From NCBI GenBank assembly GCA_973895155.1, contig OZ316892.1, forward strand, positions 23,755,971 to 23,819,970: a DNA stretch of 64,000 nt, given 5' to 3'. Every line of letters begins with the position of its first letter. Within the stretch, counting starts at the first letter, position 1. Below are positions 25,317-40,859 of the stretch, piece after piece. The notes beneath the pieces are model-generated. The model was not told where the DNA came from. It was given only the letters and a program-made list of their open reading frames with translations, and did no database searches. The stretch is from Marsupella aquatica (Eukaryota; Plantae; Marchantiophyta). Made by a program: the position numbers and the translations under genes.

Positions 25317-28300
25317 GTTGCTAGTTGTCTTTATATAAACATATGGGCTGTCCCTGCAGTGCCTCACTCTCATCTGATCAGGTCCACCTTGCCTAGTTTT
25401 TTTCCCTATTCATCAGGCAGGCTCTTTGAAGCTAGACCCTTAAGGATTATTACTCAATATGACAACAATAGGATTGGCACATTAAAATGACCACAAGCAC
25501 TCAGCAAACAAACAAACAAAGACTCATTCATTTTAGGCCATGTTTCCTGGACAACTCATTAATTACAGACCCCCATGAGAGGTCCCTTGCAAATTCCCTG
25601 CCACGAGGTTGCACCACATCACTACAACCAGCCACAAACAAGAGAGATCATATTTTTGACAATAACAAAAGTGCACATTCATGTTTGTGGCAAGTAACAC
25701 GATTTCTCCAAATGTGTAAGCAAAAACCGTCAAAAAACTCAATTCCTCAATATTCAACCTTCCGTTTGATAAACTAGAGAGATCATCTCAACCAAATCGA
25801 TCTCCTCTATCTTTCGAGCGTTCTCTTTTGTACAAGCACACACCAAGACCACCGGGAGACTTAAAACCATTGGTTATCGCCTTGCTGAAAATTTATTGCA
25901 CTTCATCACACACACATTCCATGGATTAATTACTCTCTAGTGGGTCCACATATGGCCCACTTCATGGTATATTTTAAAGTTTTTGTATTTCCCATGGTGG
26001 CGAATGTTGTCTGATGGAAAAAATGCTATGAACATTACTTATCTGAAAATCCTAGCTTAATCTCTAACTGTTAGGTCTCCCTAGTTTCAGGGGTATGTGG
26101 CTTTGAACATAACTGCCTAGTTCAAAGACAAAAAGCCTCCAAAAGTTTTGTCAGAAGTTGTGCAAAGAGTTTTCAGGGCGGTGGAATTTGGCTTATTTTT
26201 GCTACTAAGAAAACTCTGGCCTGATGTCTCTCCTCACCACAATATCATCTCTTTTAGCTGAAATGCTACTTCTGTTATTTCTTACTCATTGAGCTTTGAG
26301 AGGCGACTGAGAGAAATACAAAGTGACCATGACCCTACACCAACCAAATCCAATCCCCCCTCCCCATACCGCCCCCCACCCCTGCCCCTCCCCCCCCAAC
26401 TAAGCCTAGCCTGCACTAAAGTCAAGATGGACACCATGGTCACCAATTTTGTGGTTGTGGTCGACTAAGCAACAGAAAGCATAGTCAAGTTTTGCAATCT
26501 TCTCAAATATATCTCCCCTCACATTTTTTCTAATATTCTTCTAAGCCATCACGCACAAAGAAGTACATGTTTTTTTATTGGGTTTAGTGAATGATTTATA
26601 AAATTTTGTAGAAGAAAACTAGGGGCATTGACAGAGTTCATAGAGCAAAGGATTTTGACCTCGAGTTGCTATGGCCTGCTGGGCTTAGCTCTATACCCAT
26701 AGGGACAGGGGAAAGAGTTTGTGAATTTTAAGAAAAGATAATGGATTTTTATAAACCAAATTTGACAAGATTCCTAGCTTCTTCCAAAAAGATAGGGGTG
26801 AAAATAGTTTTAAAACCTTTTGTTATTTTTAGGGTGTTTATAGCCTAAACACTTTGTGAATGATGTTGGAACCCCCTTTTAGTGAGGGCGCCAAGCATCC
26901 ACAGACATGTCATTGGTTCAGAATTGTTGAAGTCAACCCGTTTTGAAACTCCATGAAAGCTATCATTTTTATTAAATGGCATTATCAGTACCCCAATCTT
27001 GCAACACTTGGCAATGGTGTCCACGTTTTGTCATGCGTTGTTCTCAATGTCAGTAGGTCAAGTTGCAACTTTAACACACTTTGTACTACTCCCTCATGAA
27101 GTTGTTGCAGGAGATAGTTTTAAGGGCTGGTGGATATTTAGTAAATATCTGTAGCAAGAGTATAGAACGGACGTATGTGCAAAAATGTATACTATGGAAG
27201 AATTATTGTATAATTCTTATTATCTGTACACTTCCAGCTAAATAATCATATAACATGTGCAGAATCACTCTTTCCTAGTGTACTATGGCTGTACTATACT
27301 CCTGAGTGTAATATTTTAGCTGCTGGTATAGGTATGGCCTACCCACTTGACTTGTTGAACTAAATGTTTTTCTTTGACATTTACTAAATATGACATGTGC
27401 CTTATTGGGGTTTCTGTTTTTAAATTGTTCTACACCCGTTGATTTTTGAAGGGACACACCCTAGAAATGGATTACATACTAGGCCCAAGGAGGCATTAGT
27501 GTGGATTATGCCCTAGGTCAACGGTAGAGAATGAGAGTGGGGCAGGTCAACTCTAGGGATCTAATGTTGATGGCAGGAATGATCACTTTACCAAACATCC
27601 CACCCAAAAGTGGGATTCAAAATATATAATTTTTAACACTTCGAAAAAAATTGTCTTCCTGAGAGCATAACTTGGGCATTAATAAAGCTTGAGATTCCCT
27701 TTCATCCTACAACTCAATCTATGTACCTTTCTCAAACTACAATACTTGTCTAAAGACTAAAAGACTACAAGACTGCACAGTAGATTTAAGGTCCTCGATC
27801 AATCATCCATATAAGATATTGTAAAATTGCACACTTTAGTTGCTCCATTCACAGCATGTACCTCCCTTTCTCACGTCGAAATAATTTTATAATATAATTA
27901 AAACGTTATTAACGATCAGTAGAAAACAAAAAATCAAACAAACTTTAATGGCAAAGAAGAGTGTGCAGCGCCATGTACCAATAAACATTTATACAACAGA
28001 GTTAATGTAAAAACTATATTAACTCTCCTGTTTTGAGTACGCAACCCACTCCACAAGAAGTAGACATTCATGCTGCACAGCACCCACTGACACCGAATTG
28101 ATGTCGATGGGGGCTAGCTGATATAGGCTTATCTTGGCAACAGGCCTATCAATCCCAAGGTTTTATCATCTGGGGAACACTAAAAAGATAGCGGCAGTAG
28201 AGATGGAATACCTGTGTTAATGACACCTCACAGCCATTAAAATGAAACTATTTTCAACCATCAAGTTAATGGAAAAACGACTTCAACGAAACTAAAAGTT

Positions 28301-29274
28301 TCAGTTAGTAGAGTAGGCTGACTCCCTAACGAAGAAGCCAGGACTGGAAGAAGGCCGTTCTGTTCCTTGTCAGCAATTTTCAGAGAACGTACCCAACATC
28401 TGGTTCACAAACCACGAGAGAGTAGTAACGGCTAGCGGATGCTGAGTTCAACAATGCTGGCAGAGGTTTGAATGGTTGTCAAAGAGTTACAATAGAGGAC
28501 GCTCAGAAAACTATAAATCACATCAGATAGGGAACTTCTCGTCACAATATGACAACACACGTGAATTTGTCGAATCCACACTCGAGATCATTGCCATACG
28601 CTTTGCTGATTTCAATCAGGAGTAAAATGATTTCATCACACATTTGATTCGAGCGGAAGCAATGAGTCTTGCATACATTTGGCCACATGTAGCGATCAAC
28701 TGGAATACATCGATATGAGGTGATTGAAAAATATGATTCGGCTTAAGCCAAACAAAAATAAATATACATCTACGTAATGTTCAGCTTTTCGGGAGTGCAC
28801 TTTTGTAAGTTCAAAACTCCGATAGCTCAATCCTGGGAGCAACTACCGTCAAAACATGTTGTGATGTTGATATCTACAAGATCTGATTTTATGTCGCGGA
28901 AAAATGGAGCAACTTTCGAGATAACTCTCATGCCTACATCAAAAGCCTCAAAACAGCCTAAAATAAAGGGATTTTTAATTCATACTTACTAGTAAACTTT
29001 TTTACCAGAACCGGTTGGATGAAAAACGAGCCAGGTGTACGTGCAATATCTACAAATCTGCACCTACAAATTAACCCTTTATCTCAGCTTCCGCGGCAAT
29101 TCTACCCACACCAAAAAATGCATTTAGAGGGGAAATTCAATTAATCTAGGAATGTGAATATATCTAAAACTGATGCCCTCCTTCCCGCCTGGCCATAAAG
29201 TTTGATGCGGAGCACAAACCAATGTCCTTTCCTCGGAATGTCCATCAGAGGGCAGTAGGAATGACCTCGGTCAA

Positions 29275-32259
29275 TTATATTTGAGCAGATTCCACATCAT
29301 ACGCGCCACCATTTACCCTAGAGGGAGGTGGGGCATTTGCATTCCAGCCGCCTTGATTTGTTCTTGTTGGAAGAGTCGTACCAGTGCTGTTGCGCTTAAT
29401 ATAAGGATATGGATATCCCGCTGTTCACAAGTTGTCAATCATCACCATGTGATAAGTACAATCAGATACAAATCTGCACATACTAGACTCTAAATTCCTT
29501 CTCATGCTGCGACTAAAGAGAGCAGTCTTAAAAGAATTCGTCATTAACTCGGAGCTCTGGAAAAGTATTATATGATCTTGGAAAAGAGTTTTGAATAGAA
29601 CTTCAAAATTGGTGAGCAAAATCAAGTCAACTCACCCATCTCGTCGGAGAAACCTGGGAAATGCTGCTTGTAACTGAAGTAAGCAATAATCAAACCTGCA
29701 CGGAGTTCAAAGTTAATCTCACGTTAGACTGCAAGGCCGTACAGTTGTGATATATATTAAACACAGGCAGTGATCAGCTTTCCTTATGAACCCCAGAGGA
29801 GAACGGTATTCCCACCTCCAGTGTCTTAACACACGGCATCAAATAGAATTCAGTTCCCTCCTTCACATCTAACACGCCTAAATTTGCTCCTGCTGCTTTC
29901 GTAACATGCCTTTGAAACAATTGAAGGTTTATCTAATGTCTATTCATTAACATCTCATGCAAAGATAGATTTCTTCCATTTGTTCTGTGTTCATGGTTCC
30001 AAGCTCATGAACATCTGCTACGATGTGCTCCTAGTTACAAAGAAAGAATTTTCAGTAGCAACCTTCATTCTGGCACACGCCCGTTTCTTTGCCTAGTCTA
30101 ATAATGTTACCAGATAGTTGGTTTACTTCATGGCCAATCTGGAAAATCTATCATCAACAACAGTTATTCAAAGATAGGCAAATTTGTAGACATCTTGAGT
30201 GACAAACCTAGTAGACCACCGACTGTCACGTCCTGCCAGTGGTGCCAATAGTCTGATACTCGCGATACAGCGACCATGGCGGCAAGCAGTAGAGGAATCA
30301 ACACAAAAAAAACCCTTGAAGAGTAACCTCTCCTATCAAAGAGCGAGAGTTTTCCAGCCAAATAAAAGGATAGATAGCCGAGCCCAGCAAATGCCCCTGC
30401 AATTCCACCATTTAGGGTCAACAAAGATAAAGGCAGTCGAACTCTCAACTGAAATCCGGAAGAACAATTCATTTGATCATTGCACATTGCTCTACTCCAA
30501 TAGATGTGTTCGAAATCACTTCAGGTATTTTGCTGATTCAACAAGTGCATGCTATGAAAAGTAGCAGGGCCAACAAGATCTGTATCAAAGGAATATTAAT
30601 ATGGAGAAATACCGGGCCCACGTTTTCCGACTAATTTCAAAAGCCATACATTAAGAGGACATGAATAGTCAAAGCAAAATAAGAGAAAGGACATGTACAT
30701 ATCCGCATTAGTGCACTTACAGGATGTGTGGCCGCTGGGAAAACTCTTATGTCCTTCTCGAATTGTGGCTGGGTCACCATGGCACATTACTTCGCTTAGA
30801 GGGGGCGGCGAAAATTGCTGAAACAGCCAATCAATCCAGGCCCAATCATCAGACACAATCCAATATCCATTCAGACCCGATCATCTGACCCAATAAGTAT
30901 TCGAGTGACTAGTCACCCTTCTAGAACATAAAATTTTCCAAACGATCAACAACTAGGAGCTTTGACTTCAGTCAGTGAGAACTGATAGATTGAGAGGCAG
31001 GGTTTAGGGTTGAAGCCACTGACTAAATTCACTTCTCTTCAAGTAACCGTAATATTGAATAACTTAATAGTACTTCACCGCTTATCTCAATACATCCCGC
31101 CAGCACATTAAGCAAATCGAAAGCCAGTGAAAATTAAGCGTTTGACAAGAAATGTAGAGATCTAATCAATTTTCCCTGCCTACATGTTTCTAGATTGGTT
31201 GGAAGCTGTCTGCTATTCACGGAGGACCGGCCAGCTTTACACCCGATATGAGTTTGTACATTTTTTTGCTGATAAATGACACTGAGGGACAGCTGCATAT
31301 TGCTTTCAATGCGAGAAACCAGAGTGGTGAAAACTATCAGACCATATGTGCGATTGAAATTCAACCCGACGTCGGGATAACAACTACTCTACACGGATTT
31401 ACAATGCAGAAAGGGAAACAAAAGGGGAAGGTAACAAAACGAACCGAAATTCCATCGGGAAAACAACGAAAGAAGAAATCTGGGCGAGCTCGACCCACAC
31501 CGTCTTTGATGGCGTCAGTAAACACAGCAGCAACTGCTACTGCTGTTATTAGACCTGAACATCATTCACAAAGCACCAGAATGAGGAGACCACCAGTAGG
31601 GTAAAACTTGTTAAATTCTTGTGTCTACAGCACACTTCCCATCATATCTCCAACTCGTATTAGCAATTTTGAAGTCAAAACGCTTCGACTTCCAAAAAAC
31701 CGAAAACATGGACCTTCATATTTGCTTACCGAGTAGAGCCTGATGAAAGTCCCTCGTATCTCTCCTGAAGACGAAATAACAAGCGAAGACCACGGCCGGG
31801 ATCACAAGGGCAATTATCTGCACAGAAGAATAGTTCATTTAACGGGAAGAATTCTTACTACGTTATAGCCATTCGCGCCACATAGAAGCTCGACATCACA
31901 CCGAGGACGCTAATTTTTCTTTCCGGCCCAGAATTTCTCCAATACCGAAATGAATCAGCAACAAGCAAATATAAAATTCCATCAGAAACTATGTTGAAAT
32001 TCAATAACACTGTTAGACGGAGACAGACACGCACCGGCACAGCCCACAACGGGACAGTGTTACTCTTGTGAGGAAAGCTGACTGAAGCAATATTGATTGA
32101 CCCCACGAATCGGGGGAACGGGTGGATTATATTCAAGACGACGTCGAGAATAATGCAGACAATAATAACGATCCAGTCTCTAATATGGTACCGAAGATGA
32201 CCTCGCCACTTCATCTCCTGTATAATATTTTCTATGTCCCTGCTGGCTTCCGGCTCCAT
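29275..32259 (-). CDS. LPP: Lipid phosphate phosphatase (PAP2 family, LPP2-like); 7 coding exons; an extra upstream exon is possible
   Basis: [45 protein letters not shown] (C1), [13 protein letters not shown] (C2), [13 protein letters not shown] (C3), ends [10 protein letters not shown]. Confidence 0.95.
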
Positions 32260-32947
32260 TGTTCTTCTAGAGGATAACGGCACGTCATCCAATTCTTCAC
32301 CCGGCCTACCTGTACAGCCAAAATTTGAAACCGTTCCAGACTAATTAGATCATCAACAAGAAATGAATGCAATGAAACGTTTTCGCACTCGACAAAAAGG
32401 GGTCAACTTCGAGCCGCAAAATGCCTGAAATCCGCCCCTAAGTCGTGTTTTCTCCAACCTCAGCATCCATACCATCCAAAACAATACATCCCGCTACCAA
32501 CCCTCATCCTTCACCAACCCCCTCAAATATTCGCAGTTCATGTGCTCGCTATAGACCATATCACATAAGCTCGATGAACCGTGAATTTAAACGCGAGAGT
32601 AAGCCGTACGTGAAGGCAACAACGCCTGTCGCAATGGCAGGGTTGCAGCGTCGGCAGCTGCCGAACTAATTTCATGCACGTCTCCCAATCCCCCAACCAT
32701 TTCACATTCGATACTCGCGAGTTATGCAATCCCAATATGGTTTATTCTCAAACCAGCTGGATACACATACTTTGGAACGCCAGATTTCCTCTTAATAGTA
32801 GGCTGGAAGTTTACGATGTGAATGCAGCTCCATACCAGAGGAAACTTGTGTCCGTCACATGTGTAGCTCTGGATGGGGAGAGTCATCTCGGCCCTGCGGG
32901 TAGAAGGAAAGCCATAGATGACTCTGTGCAAAGCTTTTGACTGTCAT

Positions 32948-33044
32948 GCTAGTTAACGCACGGATGAGGCGCCGTATCGTGCACAAACCACGATTAATCG
33001 CTAGTTAATGCACGGATAAGGCGCCGTATCGTGCGCAAACCACG
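32948..33044. repeat. 45-bp near-identical direct duplication
   Basis: gctagttaa.gcacggat.aggcgccgtatcgtgc.caaaccacg at 32948 and 33000. Confidence 0.9.
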
Positions 33045-36000
33045 CTGGGAATCTTGAGAAGTTTTCCCACAACAGTCTCGGGTAAGTGACTTCTCCGCGC
33101 AGGCAACACATAGCTATGATTGCGCAAGATCGCTTCGAATCCACTGAGGAACAAGCAGAGTAGGCGAATGGCTTGCAGAAATCTTCGACCGTGGCTTCAT
33201 GGGTCACCCGTGCTCAGCTATCTTGGCGAAACCAAATTTTTGGCAAAGTAAGCTTAAGCGCAACCACAGAAATTGAACGCGAAGTCGTCCATTGCGTCTA
33301 CATCCTCAACGAGACCATGCTATGCTAAGGCAACAGAGTCGGGCGTTGGGCAGCGATTTAACAAACGAGAAAGGAACAATTAGCACAAGACCCACCCACC
33401 AGAATTAAACGAAGTCGAAGAAGAACGAATTCTCAAAAGAGACCCCATCACGAAACAGGAAAGAACGCTCCCCTCCAAAGCATCGCTACTAACCCTAGAG
33501 GCAAATCAATGTGTTTTGAGGATTCAGTCCACTTTACCCCAATACGGATTGTCACTCTCGCCCAAAGCCATGTGAGCTGGTTCTTCTTGTTGAGGGCGTA
33601 CTCTCGAATCCTTGAAATTCATCAATGAATCGGGAACTTGGACTCACTCCTCGATGTAGTCGGAGGAATGCGACCTCGACGGAATGAAGCGGCCTAAAAG
33701 GTATCGACGAAGACACCTCGCACCACTAATAGGTACATGCTAATTCGCCGGGGAAGAAGAGTTGGATTACCCAGCTCACTCGTTCTACAGGAGCCCACCA
33801 CTACACTCGCCTTTCCAGCGATGTCGGTCCAACACACTTAATCCACATCTCAGCTCTAATTATACATATCACAGTGCCAAAGAGAAAAACACTCCAACAG
33901 AAAAACGCGGAACCGGGAGACAAGAGCAGCTCCATAGAGGGCGGGGGGAAAGGAAGGGAAAAGGCCCCAAGAAGTCGGTTGAAGCAAGTTCCCTCCCACG
34001 AGAACTCGGGATTCCGGTTTGTTCTCTATTTGGGGGAGGAGTGTGGGCCAGGCGTCTCTTCAGTGAGAGTGCACCGTGTTCGAAACTTCGTGGCCAATAA
34101 TATCATGTACGCCAAGCATCTCCTTTCCGGTCCTGAAATCTGAACGACAGATGGACGATGCCCCTACAAAAATTGATCACGGAATGGTGTACTTTGAAAA
34201 CCAGTAATCCAGCGGTAAGTGCGTGTAAGAGGACAGCCGGACACGCTCCCACTTTTCTCTAGGTCCATTTCGTGCTTTTTGGCCTGGAACGTGGTCTCTT
34301 AAGTACTAGTAAATCGTATTGTAAAGACGAGAATGTCACAACCATAGTGTTCAGCACCTTGGATTATAAAAGCCTTGTTGCAATTATCATTGTGGGCAGT
34401 ACTCTTTTACACCCTCCATGCACGTTAATCCCACTCGGAGTACTTTTGGCGGAATTCTTTTTCGGCGAAATTCTCTCCACAACAGTCTTTCGTTGATCAC
34501 TGTGACCGGTACTACCTTACCTGATACCCTGAAGCAAGAAAGTACGGTACAGTACTGTACCACAGCGAAGATTGGGTTGTGTAGGGTCGAGGTTCGGAGG
34601 TTGAAAGTCAGGAGAAAGTGCTCTGTACCAATGGGGTGACACGCAGTTGCTTCCCGAACCAACTTCTATTTTCTGAAGACGAGGACTGATGAGAGAGTCA
34701 CAACGTCACAACCTTTTCAAGTGTCTGACAAACATTCGATTCCTATCCCACAGTGCACTACGGAATTGTACTTCCAAAGCCAACTTCGAGAACTCTCACT
34801 CTGTCGGCACACTAAAGGGCTGGCGGCACTCTAAAACGGGCAACCAGTTTATGACAACCCCAGATACGACCTAGACATGTCTGTGCGATCCGTTCCATCC
34901 GGAAGTTACAGCACAGAATCATGACAGCACTAAAGTGGATGCCTGGATGGCCTACTGCCCGATTACCCAGAACACCACCACGTTCACAGCGATGCATCAC
35001 GACCAAAAGCCACAAGCAAACTTTCTCTAAATATCTGGAATTACCAAATCCGTGTTATCGTTGACCTACTTATACTTTGCACGGAAAACTACAAGGAATT
35101 GATCAGTGAGAACGTGACCCCATTGGAAAGACGAAAATCTACACGGATGTGAGATCTGAAGTCTAGATCCGGGGGGCGGGGGGAATTGTTCAATCGTGCT
35201 GACTAGGACTGGTGCGTCTCTCGGGAAGAGCTCTTAAACTTACACGAAATTCTCTACATATTTCTATGAACAAAAGGCACTCTTGTAGTGCCCCGTCCCC
35301 ATTCTAGTTTTACAACTGACACAGTTTGCTGAAATCTAAAGTAGTTACGGAAGTGTACTTGCGATGGACTAGCTAGCCGAGGACTTAGCTAAATCAAACT
35401 GGCTTTGTTCGCCCAGAACGAAATGTCCCGCTCTATGCCACAGATGTGTGCACTTGCGAAGGACAGCTTCCGATCGGTGAAGCTTGAGTGCGAGAGTTTA
35501 CATCTATTTGATAGCTTTCCACAAGTCCTTGACGTGAGAACGTCTGAACTCATCGATTATCCATAACTGAAAGCGTCACAGCGTTATGCGCGTATCATGA
35601 TCTTAATCCACTCCGGAAATTTTTACTTTCACTACCTTCGGATTCCCCTACTGTGTGTGTATATTGTCCCCAGTACGTTTCAACTCATTTGCAAATATCA
35701 AGACGCATCTATCTAGATCATTTTCGGAATTCAAAACAATCCGGAAGGGACCTACTCACTCCCGTTGAAATCAACATCACGCGAGCATTTGGTTTACGCA
35801 ATATGTTTGGAACAGCACTATCATATCGCCCATCGCCCATCCGAGTCCCTACTCAATTCTAACATTGCTTTCCAGAGCAGCTACCGCTGTCGTTCATAGA
35901 CATCGGTCAATAAGTCGGACTGATAGTCGGTTGCAGCATTAAGATAATCGTCTCTACATCAAACTCCTTGCAATCACTTCAATTCTCGATATCCTTATAA

Positions 36001-38056
36001 CGGAATCCTAACTGACGACTTCGGCTGCTGTTCGAGGTTCTTAGGCCAACGACACTATGGTCAATCGTGACTATCGACACTACAATAATTCCACACAAAT
36101 ATTATCAACGATGTGTGAATGTTCAAGGATTAAAACATTCCCTCAAGTATTGTACAGCGTTCCTAGATGTAGCGATCCTGTATTTGTAATGCTCAATAAT
36201 CCCCGATAGCATTTGGAGTTTCTAAACTTACAAAACGAATTACATGGAAAACAACGTCGATCGACGGCTTGACATCGTCTCCGCGCGCACTTCCAGATAG
36301 ACTTCAAGATGGTTTACTCAGTTTAAAGTGCGGCAGTGTGTGATGCTGCCATAATTTCCGAGAAGAAGAACGTCTAACATGTACAAAATCTAACTTTCCA
36401 TAAATACATTGAAGCAGTCCTGCTGTTGCTCTTCTTTTGATAAGTTCGACAGAGATGAAGGGAAAAGGAAATCTGGAACCAACCAGGGAATAGATCGGGG
36501 GACAAGAGCGTTTGTATCGCGACAGACTCGAGAGACTATAGGTCTTCTGGAATGACTCAATGAAAGACAACCACTCAGAGATAGCGAATCAAATTGCAAG
36601 ACTAATAGAGCTGTAGGTTACTCAAACTTGGCTGTTATCTTCGAAATTCCTTTCGAATGTCCATCTTTTTGTCACGTCGCGCAGGGGGGTAACAGCAACA
36701 AATTCTCGTTCTCAAGATATTATGCTGTTGTCCCAAGGGCTAGCTCTCATGTAAGTTGCTTGAACAAAATGAAGTGCCGCTGGACAATACCAGCTCTCAT
36801 GTTCTAATCCATATTTTTAAAGTTTCATCCCCACTGTAGATGCTTTCCTACCATGTCGAGCAATCGAATTCAACGCAAACAAATAAGGACATTCTGATCA
36901 TACCTTTCAACGGTCTAGGTCCCGTCCGATCTCCCATTGAAATACTGCCAGTCCACGATCGAAAACTAGGCCCAGGAGAAAACAACGCACTAGCAGCCAC
37001 CTTAGAAATCTCACACCTTGGTCCCGCGCGCTTTCACGAGTGCCGTGCTTTCCCTAGCAATTCAACTGAAGGTGAACGTAACAGCGCAAGTTTCACGCCT
37101 GACGTTCTCCGTCCCCCGCTAGTCCACGACTCCACTACACTCTGTGCCAAACTTCGCGAACGATCTGTCACTAAATAGCCTGAGTGTCGCTCGTTCGTGG
37201 ACACAAAGCGCGTAACGTACCACGGAGACGCAACAGCCACGCACCTCTTTTATACTTTCTATCAAGGTACTTCTATGGGCGGGCAAACGACACCATGTAT
37301 CGACAGTCTTGCAGAAAAATGCTTACATTCCAGAATGCGTATTTTGACCTGAGAGAAGCTTCGGGTTCAACTCAGTTTTCCACAATTAGTCGCCTCTGAT
37401 CAACGAGCCAATGTCTCCGACCCCAAGCCAGATAGAACCGCTGCCACTAAGCTGTGGACGACAGTCGTAGCGCCAACCGCTCCGAAAGGAACTCGAAACT
37501 CTTGTAATTGGGCGCCGACATCTGTCTTCAGAATGCCAGCCGCGGTCCAACCGGCCAGAGCAACCACAGCAGGAACAATCTAACATTCCAACAATCTAAC
37601 TCCACGCAGTCCGATGTTCATTGCAATAATAGCTTCTGCCTGTCTGGATGGACCCTCGAATTAATTCTGACAACGAACACAAACAGATCGGCCCCGGACT
37701 GATTCTGCAAACGGACAAAGAGATCTACCTGAATGAATTCCGAATGGTCCGGATCGCCCCCGCATTAAGAGCACACATCGAGGTAGAAGAAGCAGATGAT
37801 CAGCAGATGTACCTAAAACAACGAGTCCCACCGGAACGATAGTGTGGGCTCAAAGACTTCTTTTGCAATCCACAGCTGTTGCAAGCCTCATGACTCGTTT
37901 CAGAACTGCCACGTACAATGTAGTCTACTCTATCGCAGCGCATCTTCCCGCACGAAAACCACGAAATGCGGAGCTTGTAGCGTCGGCTGGGCTGATTGAA
38001 ATCTCCCCATATCCCGTTGAGAACCGCACATACTAGTCAAAACGCTCCGCATGCCA

Positions 38057-38228
38057 AAGTTTTCCATTTCCTTCATGAAAATTCCCGAAATCTCCATTTG
38101 CCATCTCCTGGACAATCTTGCACTTACAGATAAGTGCGTGTGTATCCAAGTTTTCCCATTTCCCTTCGTGAAAACCCCATTCCCGAAATCTTCATTTGCA
38201 AAATCTTGCACTTACAGATAAGTGCGTG
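38057..38228. repeat. About 90-bp diverged tandem duplication
   Basis: attcccgaaatct.catttgc...aatcttgcacttacagataagtgcgtg occurs twice. Confidence 0.85.
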
Positions 38229-39129
38229 CAGATCCTTGCAGTTGGGTCATGTATAGGATAAGGGCACTTCGGGCTGGGTTACAAGCCACTAATCCTAATA
38301 ACCAGAAAGTGAGACTGCGTGTTAAATCTATGCTGAATTAATGCACTCCATACACACACGAGCACAAAAACCAATACACTATATTATGATCTACCAACCA
38401 ATTGATTTTACTATATCATAAAAATGAGTTCCATACACTAAAACATAAACCAATATATCATATTTCTACAAACCAAATGATTTGAATGACATGTGTCTTG
38501 GTTGATGTTCTGGTTGTTCAGTTGACATAGAGTTACATTGCAGTGAAAGTGAGTAAGCTGAACCGTGGCAGCTAAGCATTATGGGAACAAGGTTTGGGTT
38601 AGAACCCCTGCCCAGACCTCCTTAATAGTACATAATTACTGTCCCAAAAAAGGTTAGTGATCAAGAGTTTTAGGGCAAAAAATTATGGATGAAGCAAATA
38701 CTTCCAGTAATGGTTACACATGGTAATTTGCATTCCACACAAAAATTACTTAAAAGATAACAAAGTCCTGGAAGGGGGGTTATTAGGCTGTGACGCTGGA
38801 AAAAACAGCTGTGACAATGGAAAAAACTAGGAGCATGGGTTTAGACTAGAACCCCAGGTGTTCACATTATATAGATAGGTTAAGGAAAAAAGGTACAGAT
38901 CACAAGTTCCTAGCAATAGACTATGGAAATAGCAAAGACCTCCAAGAATAATTACCCACCTGTTATATTGCATTTGCGTGATAAGTGCAAAATTGATCAT
39001 CTTGCACATCTGGTCTCAAATGTTGCATTTACCTCATGCCTCTTCAGACTCTACAATACCTACTTAAAAACACCTGCACCCTCTTGCACAAGTGCAAAAT
39101 GACAAAAAGGTCTGAGCTTGAATGATCAT

Positions 39130-39290
39130 TCTTTGAATGTAAATAGAAATAATGACAAAAATAATACATGATGATCATTTGACATCATTCTTTCCATCCA
39201 CATGGTTGGGCCCTCAAGTCATGGTCTAAAGGCTTCACTTTACAAGTCTAGACCCCAACTCAAACTTCTTCGCACTTTAGAAGTAAGATT
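39130..39290 (+). mobile_element. Dispersed repeat family A, copy 2
   Basis: Similar to 13160-13340. Confidence 0.65.
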
Positions 39291-40859
39291 CCAAACCAAG
39301 TAACAATTGTTATCGATAAGTGTACACACACAGAGACACACATTATTATAGAGAGTTGACACTTATGTGTTTGTCATATAGTGGAGATCTTGAAACACTA
39401 TAAGAGTCCCCAACAATCAAGAGTGTGGACACTAATAGTGTTTCCAGTCATGAATAGAATTATGTATGTTTACAAATATAAACAAAAAAGAGTGAATGTA
39501 TCCTAGCATAATTTCAAAACACAATCACTTGTATTAGAATTTCAGAATGTGAAGAATATTTTTTTATCCACATCTCTATGTACATTCAAGGAAGGAGTAA
39601 TCAGGCTAGCAATATTCTAAATGAGTTTGCGTGGGTACCTCTACTTATATTCAGTGAAAAGGTAGGCTAGTAAGCATTATTTTATTGTAGATATAAATAG
39701 CATGTTTATTAGGGAACATGCTTCATTTTTGTCTTGTAGTGATGGGTAGATGGCTATTGAATAGGATTTGATAAGATTGAGCTGAATAAAATATAAGAAT
39801 CAATAGTCCTATAACCATGCCAAGGTTCTCTTGGACAAAAGTGTTGATAGAGCTTTCGGGAGAGCTAGAGATAGGGAAAAAATTGGAGAAATGTGATGAT
39901 TTGGTCATTAACATTGTATTTTTTGGACAAGTAAACACCAATATGTACAGTAGACATATCTTTGTGTTTGAGTCAAGTCCATCCAAGTTGCACTTGTCCT
40001 TGGGGTTATGAATATCGTATCAGACCATTTGGGCTTTAAGTTTTGAATTCAAGACGATAATAAAGTAGAAATACATAACAGAAAATATCAATTAAAAAAA
40101 ATATTGAAAGGTGAAAGTAAAGCCTGGATGGACCTACTGTAGGGGTTTGCTCTGAAGCCCCCATGCATTTTTGAAGCTGGGATGGACTGACTCAGAATAT
40201 CATGAAATGCTCCTATAACATCCTTCACAATTTTGACTACAATATGACCTTCAAATGGGCTCTTGACCGTTTGCAGTTGGTTTCCATTGTAAGCGATGGT
40301 AAGCTGCCGCTCACACACACATTACTTACATTACTTAGGGTGTCCGTTACAAAAGTGAAGACTCCTTCCCTAAGTGGTAAGTTGGTGCTCCTGCCCTAGC
40401 ACTCAGGGCATCCTTCACAAAAGTGAACCAACCAGGATTACTTTATAGTATATATTTGATCATCTTTGCACTCATCAGCAATGAAGCAATTGATCTCAAA
40501 ATGAATTGAAACTTTGTCATGTACTGGATTGGACATCAGATAACATGCTGGAAGTATTTGAGCTGAAATAGAGATATAAAAGTTGTCCAAAATAATGCAC
40601 AAGCTTGCTAGAGTTGGTCAAAACATGCAAAAAATTATTTGGAGTGTCCTCAAAGTGAAGCGTCCTTCTAAAGATGGTCCAACAATGTGAATTTGGGGTG
40701 TAAAGTGAAGGTGAGTGTGTTACAATAAATAGAATGTATCACTGTCCATGGGGATAGGCATAACAAACCATTGGATCCATTTGGGCTTCACTTTCTGTGT
40801 AGATTGAAAGTCATATTGATTTGGCCATATTAAAATAAAAATACACAACAAAATATATC

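Noticed and set aside
26000-27500. Transposase or gag remnants
   Set aside because: Only isolated 4-6 aa resemblances; not enough to support a call.
29395-29420. ATATCCTT AT-AC U12 donor in LPP
   Set aside because: Lies inside the last coding exon (GYPYPYIK), which reads through to a typical DVES ending.
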